Part shown: piece by piece, positions 60,338-64,000 of the stretch
How positions within the stretch are numbered: the stretch's first letter is position 1
Layout: each line of letters starts with the position of its first letter
Source of the DNA: Galemys pyrenaicus
Taxonomy: Eukaryota
Assembly (NCBI GenBank): GCA_019455555.1
Contig: JAGFMF010011926.1
Location: 968,990-1,032,989 of the forward strand
Direction: 5' to 3'
Length of the DNA: 64,000 nucleotides
Position numbers and translations under genes: made by a program
The notes under the pieces: generated by a model
Told to the model about the DNA's origin: nothing
The model's input: only the letters and a program-made list of their open reading frames with translations
The model's database searches: none

Positions 60338-61217
60338 CTATAGAAGCTAAGGGCAAGAAGAAAGGGTAAACAAAAAAAATAAAGAGAGGGTATACACTGA
60401 CTATAAACCTATTTTCAAAACCACCATGTTCTTAATGAAATGATTTAGGATGGTTTTTGTAAGTTTACAAAAAAATAATAGCTCTTGGTAACAGTCTAAA
60501 AAATTGCTTCCTAAATTGTTATTCTAACCAAACAGTAAAATAAAAGTGAGCCCAGAAGTCTGGTGACCTCATAGCCTGAGGAATAAGTCTCAGAGTCTGC
60601 TTATCTCTTCTGTTTACTTGTGATCACCAACAAACCATCACAAAAAAGCTATCTTTAAACTACCAAAGGAAGATGAGATAAATGGTTGACTGCTCTGGGG
60701 TCGGCCTAGCATAACAGCTGTTTTTTTCATTAGTGGAAACTTGTATAAGTTATTTCATCTCTGTATAGCACTTCTAACTATAAAAACCGAATCTGTAGGT
60801 GGACTTATATATTTAAAAGAAGATAATATACAAAGTACGCAAGAATACCATCATTCTAACAGTCGCATTTTACTATCTCTGAAACTGGGATGCAATTTAC
60901 AATGGATGACTCATGCCACGTTTTAACTGGAAGTTTTTTCTTTCTTAGTAGCTCATAAAATAACGATATGCCTTACAATTAATATTTTTAAATGGATGAC
61001 ATTACACATTTACAATAGTGTTAGCACTGTCAGTTGTTACGTCCATCACATCAAAAAGAGTGAAGCCGAAATTTTAAAAGTTTGGCACCAAAATTAGTTT
61101 GGCAGCCATTGTGGGTCAGGGGCGATGGAAGGGAAAAGGGAGCCAGAATAGAGGGTACCATTCCTCTGTCGATTTCCCGCCTCCCAGTATTCCTCCCCGC
61201 AACAAAGAGCTCCGAAC

Positions 61218-61260
61218 CTCGGGTTCGACCACTGGAAGTTCCCCGCCGTCTAGCCGCCAT
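61218..61260 (-). CDS. PARP2: PARP2 coding exon 1 (ATG at 61260 on the minus strand)
   Basis: rc reads ATG GCG GCT AGA CGG CGG ... = MAARRRGTSSGRTR(A); donor G|GTTCGG is weak and was chosen so that GRTR|ALKET is continuous, matching my recollection of human GRAR|ALNES. Confidence 0.7.
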
Positions 61261-61380
61261 TGAACCGAATGACGTCATCAAACCCCGCCCGGAAAGGTCG
61301 ACCAATAGAGACAGGGCGGAAACACGCAAAGCGCTGGCGACTACGTTATAAGACAAAACACAGGATAAACCCGCCCCCTT
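61261..61380. promoter_or_regulatory. PARP2: PARP2/RPPH1 bidirectional promoter core: CRE/ATF site TGACGTCA (61277-61284), CCAAT box gaccaatag (about 61300-61308), GC boxes (ccccgcccgg at 61290; cccgccccc at 61370)
   Basis: Only about 220 bp separate the PARP2 ATG (61260, minus strand) from the RPPH1 +1 (61479, plus strand). Confidence 0.6.
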
Positions 61381-61381
61381 A

Positions 61382-61454
61382 ATTTGCATGTCACTATGGT
61401 TTGTGGGAAATCACCCTAACCGTGATATGTCCTTACGTATGGGAACCTTATAAA
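61382..61454 (+). promoter_or_regulatory. RPPH1: RPPH1 Pol III type-3 promoter: octamer ATTTGCAT (61382-61389), PSE TCACCCTAACCGTGATATG (61411-61429), TATA box TATAAA (61449-61454, about 25-30 nt upstream of +1)
   Basis: Motifs read directly from the sequence, with spacing typical of the U6/7SK/H1 class. Confidence 0.8.
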
Positions 61455-61478
61455 CTGCAGGTATGCATAGTTTTACTC

Positions 61479-61818
61479 ATAGGGCGGAGGGAAGCTCATC
61501 AGTGGGGCCACGAGCTGAGTGCTTTACGTCACTCTATCACTTGTCCCTTGGGAAGGTCTGAGACTAGGGCCAATAGCGGCCCTAACAGGGCTCTCCCCGA
61601 TTTCGGGGAGGTGAGTTCCCAGAGAACGGGGCTCCGTGCGAGGGCAGACTGGGCAGGAGATGCTGTGGGTACCCCCATCAGCGGGGCCCCGGCGGATGCC
61701 TCCTTAGCCGGAGCTTGGAACAGACTCACGGCCAGCGAAGTGAGTTCAATGGCTGAGGTGAGGTACCCTGCCAAGGGGCCTCATAACCCAATTCAGACTA
61801 CTCTCCCCCCGTCCTGTT
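61479..61818 (+). ncRNA. RPPH1: RNase P RNA component H1 (Pol III transcript)
   Basis: ATAGGGCGGAGGGAAGCTCATCAGTGGGGCCACGAGCTGAGTG...GGGAAGGTCTGAGACTAGGGCC...GGCGGATGCCTCCTT.GCCGGAGCTTGGAACAGACTCACGGCCAGCGAAGTGAGTTCAATGGCTGAGGTGAGGTACCC...CATAACCCAATTCAGAC shows near-identity blocks to my recollection of human RPPH1. It ends at a T-run (ctgtttt) terminator. Position and orientation relative to PARP2 match human. Confidence 0.9.
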
Positions 61819-64000
61819 TTGTAAAACACAAGAAAACCAGGGTAGTGAGATTTTTTTTTTTGAGAAAAGTCCAGTTTGACTAGGGAAGACAGGGTAGGGC
61901 TGGAGCTCGGTGGGGTGGTGGAATTTAACTCGGAAGCTATTGTAGCCAGAGGAACCCTGTCATCTGGGTTTTAGGAAGGTCCTTGGTGACATTAAGCCAG
62001 GGATTTTCAAACGTTTGGGAGCCACTACCCTATGAGAGATGGGAGCTGAACACTTAACAGCAGATTTTACTATCACAGATTTTGAATGAGACTGCGACTG
62101 CATTTTTAACCGGAACACTAGGTTACTCTGATGTTGGTGAGTTTCAGTTTATAGAGATTCATTACTTCAGCATTTATTAGACACCTTGCTGGGTTCTTGG
62201 GATAAAACATACATAATTAATGTCCATGGAGCTTAGTCTAAGGTGGGGGGGAGGTAAACACTGACCAATCATACAAATAAAAGTACAGCTGCATCAAACG
62301 CTGTAAGAAGCAGCAGATTGTACTAAGGGAAATTCTAATGGGAGAGCAAATTGAGGAACTCATCATTAATTAGGGAAGTGATAGGAGTTAGCTGTCTTAG
62401 AAGAGCAAGTAAGAGAGGAGGTAAATGGCTGAAGTGTGGTCTGAGAGGAGCTGGAGATGCAGCCAGTGACCCCAGTAAGCCAGGCTTTCCAAACCACATT
62501 TGGAAATTGTGCTTTTCTTTTTTTTTCTTTTCTTTTCCTTTTTACATAGATGTGTGTGTTTACATATTCAAAAATAAAACTTGAAAACTCTTAGGCAGAA
62601 AATACACATAAAATATCTTGAAGTAGTTGATGGGTTTATTAAAACAAATAATTGACTAATATTGATACATCTGATTATATTAAAATTAAGAATTTTTGCT
62701 TATCAAAACGTAAAGTTTAAGAAGAAGAAAACAGAATTTTCATTGCTTGCATTTTGTTTTGATTATGAATATAAAAATCCTGAAGAATATATGTATTTTT
62801 AACATAATAGGAAAACTTTGGAAGACTTATAGAAAGTGATATGTAAGAATAAATTGTATTTTTATAAAAGAGCTTCAACTATGTAGAAATTAAATTTTTA
62901 GAAAGGAATCACTTAAAGTAACATGAACGCATATCAAGTATTTGGGAATAAGCTGATGAAATCTGGTGCTCAACAAATGTTTGTTGGATTGGATTGGATT
63001 TGTTAACCAAATTTATTGAGTGGTAGGTTAAAGCTTGTTGCATCTGACTTAACTATGATGCAAGTAGGGCAGACTGATTTAAAACACATGAATCTGGAAA
63101 TAGGAAAATGTAATAAAAATGGAAAATCTATTAAAAATAGCTAGTACTTAGAGCTTTCTTTGTGAATTATAAGACAGAGTTAAGTGTTTTACATACTTTC
63201 TTTTAATCTTCACAGCGATAATAGCTAGAATTTATTTGGTGCTTATTATGCTATCAGAAACATAAATACATTACTTAATGGAAGTATTATCCCCATGTTA
63301 TTGGCAAGAAAACTGAGCTTAGGAAAAATGTAAGTAACTTGGTCAAGGTGACACAGTATATTAGCTTGCTACAGTTGTCAAAATTAAGTACCACATACTG
63401 GGGGATTCAAACAACACAAATTTGTTTTTCTCCCCCTCTGGACATTACAAGGCAGGGTTGGTTTCTTCTAAGGCCACTCTCTTTGAACTGTATGTGGCTG
63501 TCTTCTTCCCATATCTTTCCATTTGTGGTCTTACTCTGTCTCTGTCCTAATGTCCTCTTTTCATAACACCATGATATTGTTTTAGGACCCACTTACATGA
63601 TCTATCTTACATTAATTACTTCTTAAAGGCCCTGCCTCCAAATACAGTCACATTCTGAGACTCTATGGATTAAAACTATGCATTTCAGAGGGCTATGCAA
63701 TTCAGTTCCTAAGAGGCAGGGTTAGATCTGAGTAACTCCAAATTTTGTTCATATTAGTAGACTAATGTATTATTTAGTTACCAGAGAAGTAAGAAAGAGC
63801 TAGCTAAAAAGTCTAGTAAAGAGGATGATTAAAGCAAAGGGATCTATAATTCATAGCAGCTATCTCAATATCAGGGACTATCTGTAAGAGATGAGCTATG
63901 GGCAAAAATGGAAGTGGAGAAAGATGAAGAGAAATGTAAGTGTAGGGTAGGCACAGAGTAGCTGCCATGGGAGGTGACTAGAGAGGAAAATGAAAAAGGA

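Noticed and set aside
61850-64000. Searched for the next syntenic gene (CCNB1IP1 or similar) downstream of RPPH1
   Set aside because: The region is AT-rich with no CpG island, no convincing exons, and only short ORFs (62351-62584; 63339-63566) without homology. I cannot support any feature here.
1-64000. Prokaryotic-style features (CRISPR arrays, operons, defence islands, integrons, terminators)
   Set aside because: The sequence is clearly mammalian nuclear DNA (spliced multi-exon genes, SINE/L1 repeats, CpG island). These feature classes do not apply. Direct repeats seen are microsatellites or SINE copies without CRISPR-like regular spacing.

Overview
This is a placental-mammal genomic window, not prokaryotic. 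It carries a conserved syntenic block that matches human 14q11.2 read on the human minus strand: KLHL33 (+), TEP1 (+), PARP2 (-) and RPPH1 (+). I identified the genes by reading exon peptides directly from the sequence. The KLHL33 peptides carry BTB, BACK and kelch motifs, and the TEP1 peptides carry the N-terminal TEP1 repeats, TROVE, a NACHT region with a Walker A GQSGQGKT motif, and WD40 repeats. PARP2 begins MAARRR and ends FNFMQLW. RNase P RNA H1 shows near-complete blocks of identity to my recollection of human RPPH1.

KLHL33 has 4 coding exons between 3382 and 8235. TEP1 has 54 coding exons between 16762 and 47289, totalling 7644 nt or 2547 aa. All TEP1 splice phases are consistent and every boundary was read from AG/GT sites. 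A CpG-island promoter with a probable non-coding exon 1 lies at about 12.95-13.4 kb. PARP2 has 16 exons on the minus strand between 61260 and 50454, totalling 1704 nt or 567 aa. RPPH1 spans 61479-61818. It has a classic Pol III type-3 promoter (octamer, PSE, TATA) and shares a roughly 220-bp bidirectional promoter with PARP2 that contains a CRE, a CCAAT box and GC boxes.

The rest of the window is introns and intergenic DNA. It is populated by a lineage-specific tRNA-derived SINE family (10 copies, ending in AATAAA-containing A/T tails), an L1 3-prime fragment, and CA/GT microsatellites.

I found no novel system. The more unusual observations follow.
- TEP1 has only two N-terminal 30-aa repeats, against four in human as I recall.
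- The KLHL33 3-prime terminus is duplicated as a short block in KLHL33 intron 1.
- A degenerate copy of the TEP1 terminal coding segment, led by a tandem 16-mer, lies 2.9 kb downstream of the TEP1 stop and next to the PARP2 3-prime end.
- Several exons use weak or non-canonical donors.
- The KLHL33 start codon is ambiguous.
- The PARP2 and TEP1 3-prime ends converge within about 3 kb.

Exon coordinates were read by hand and may be off by 1-3 nt.
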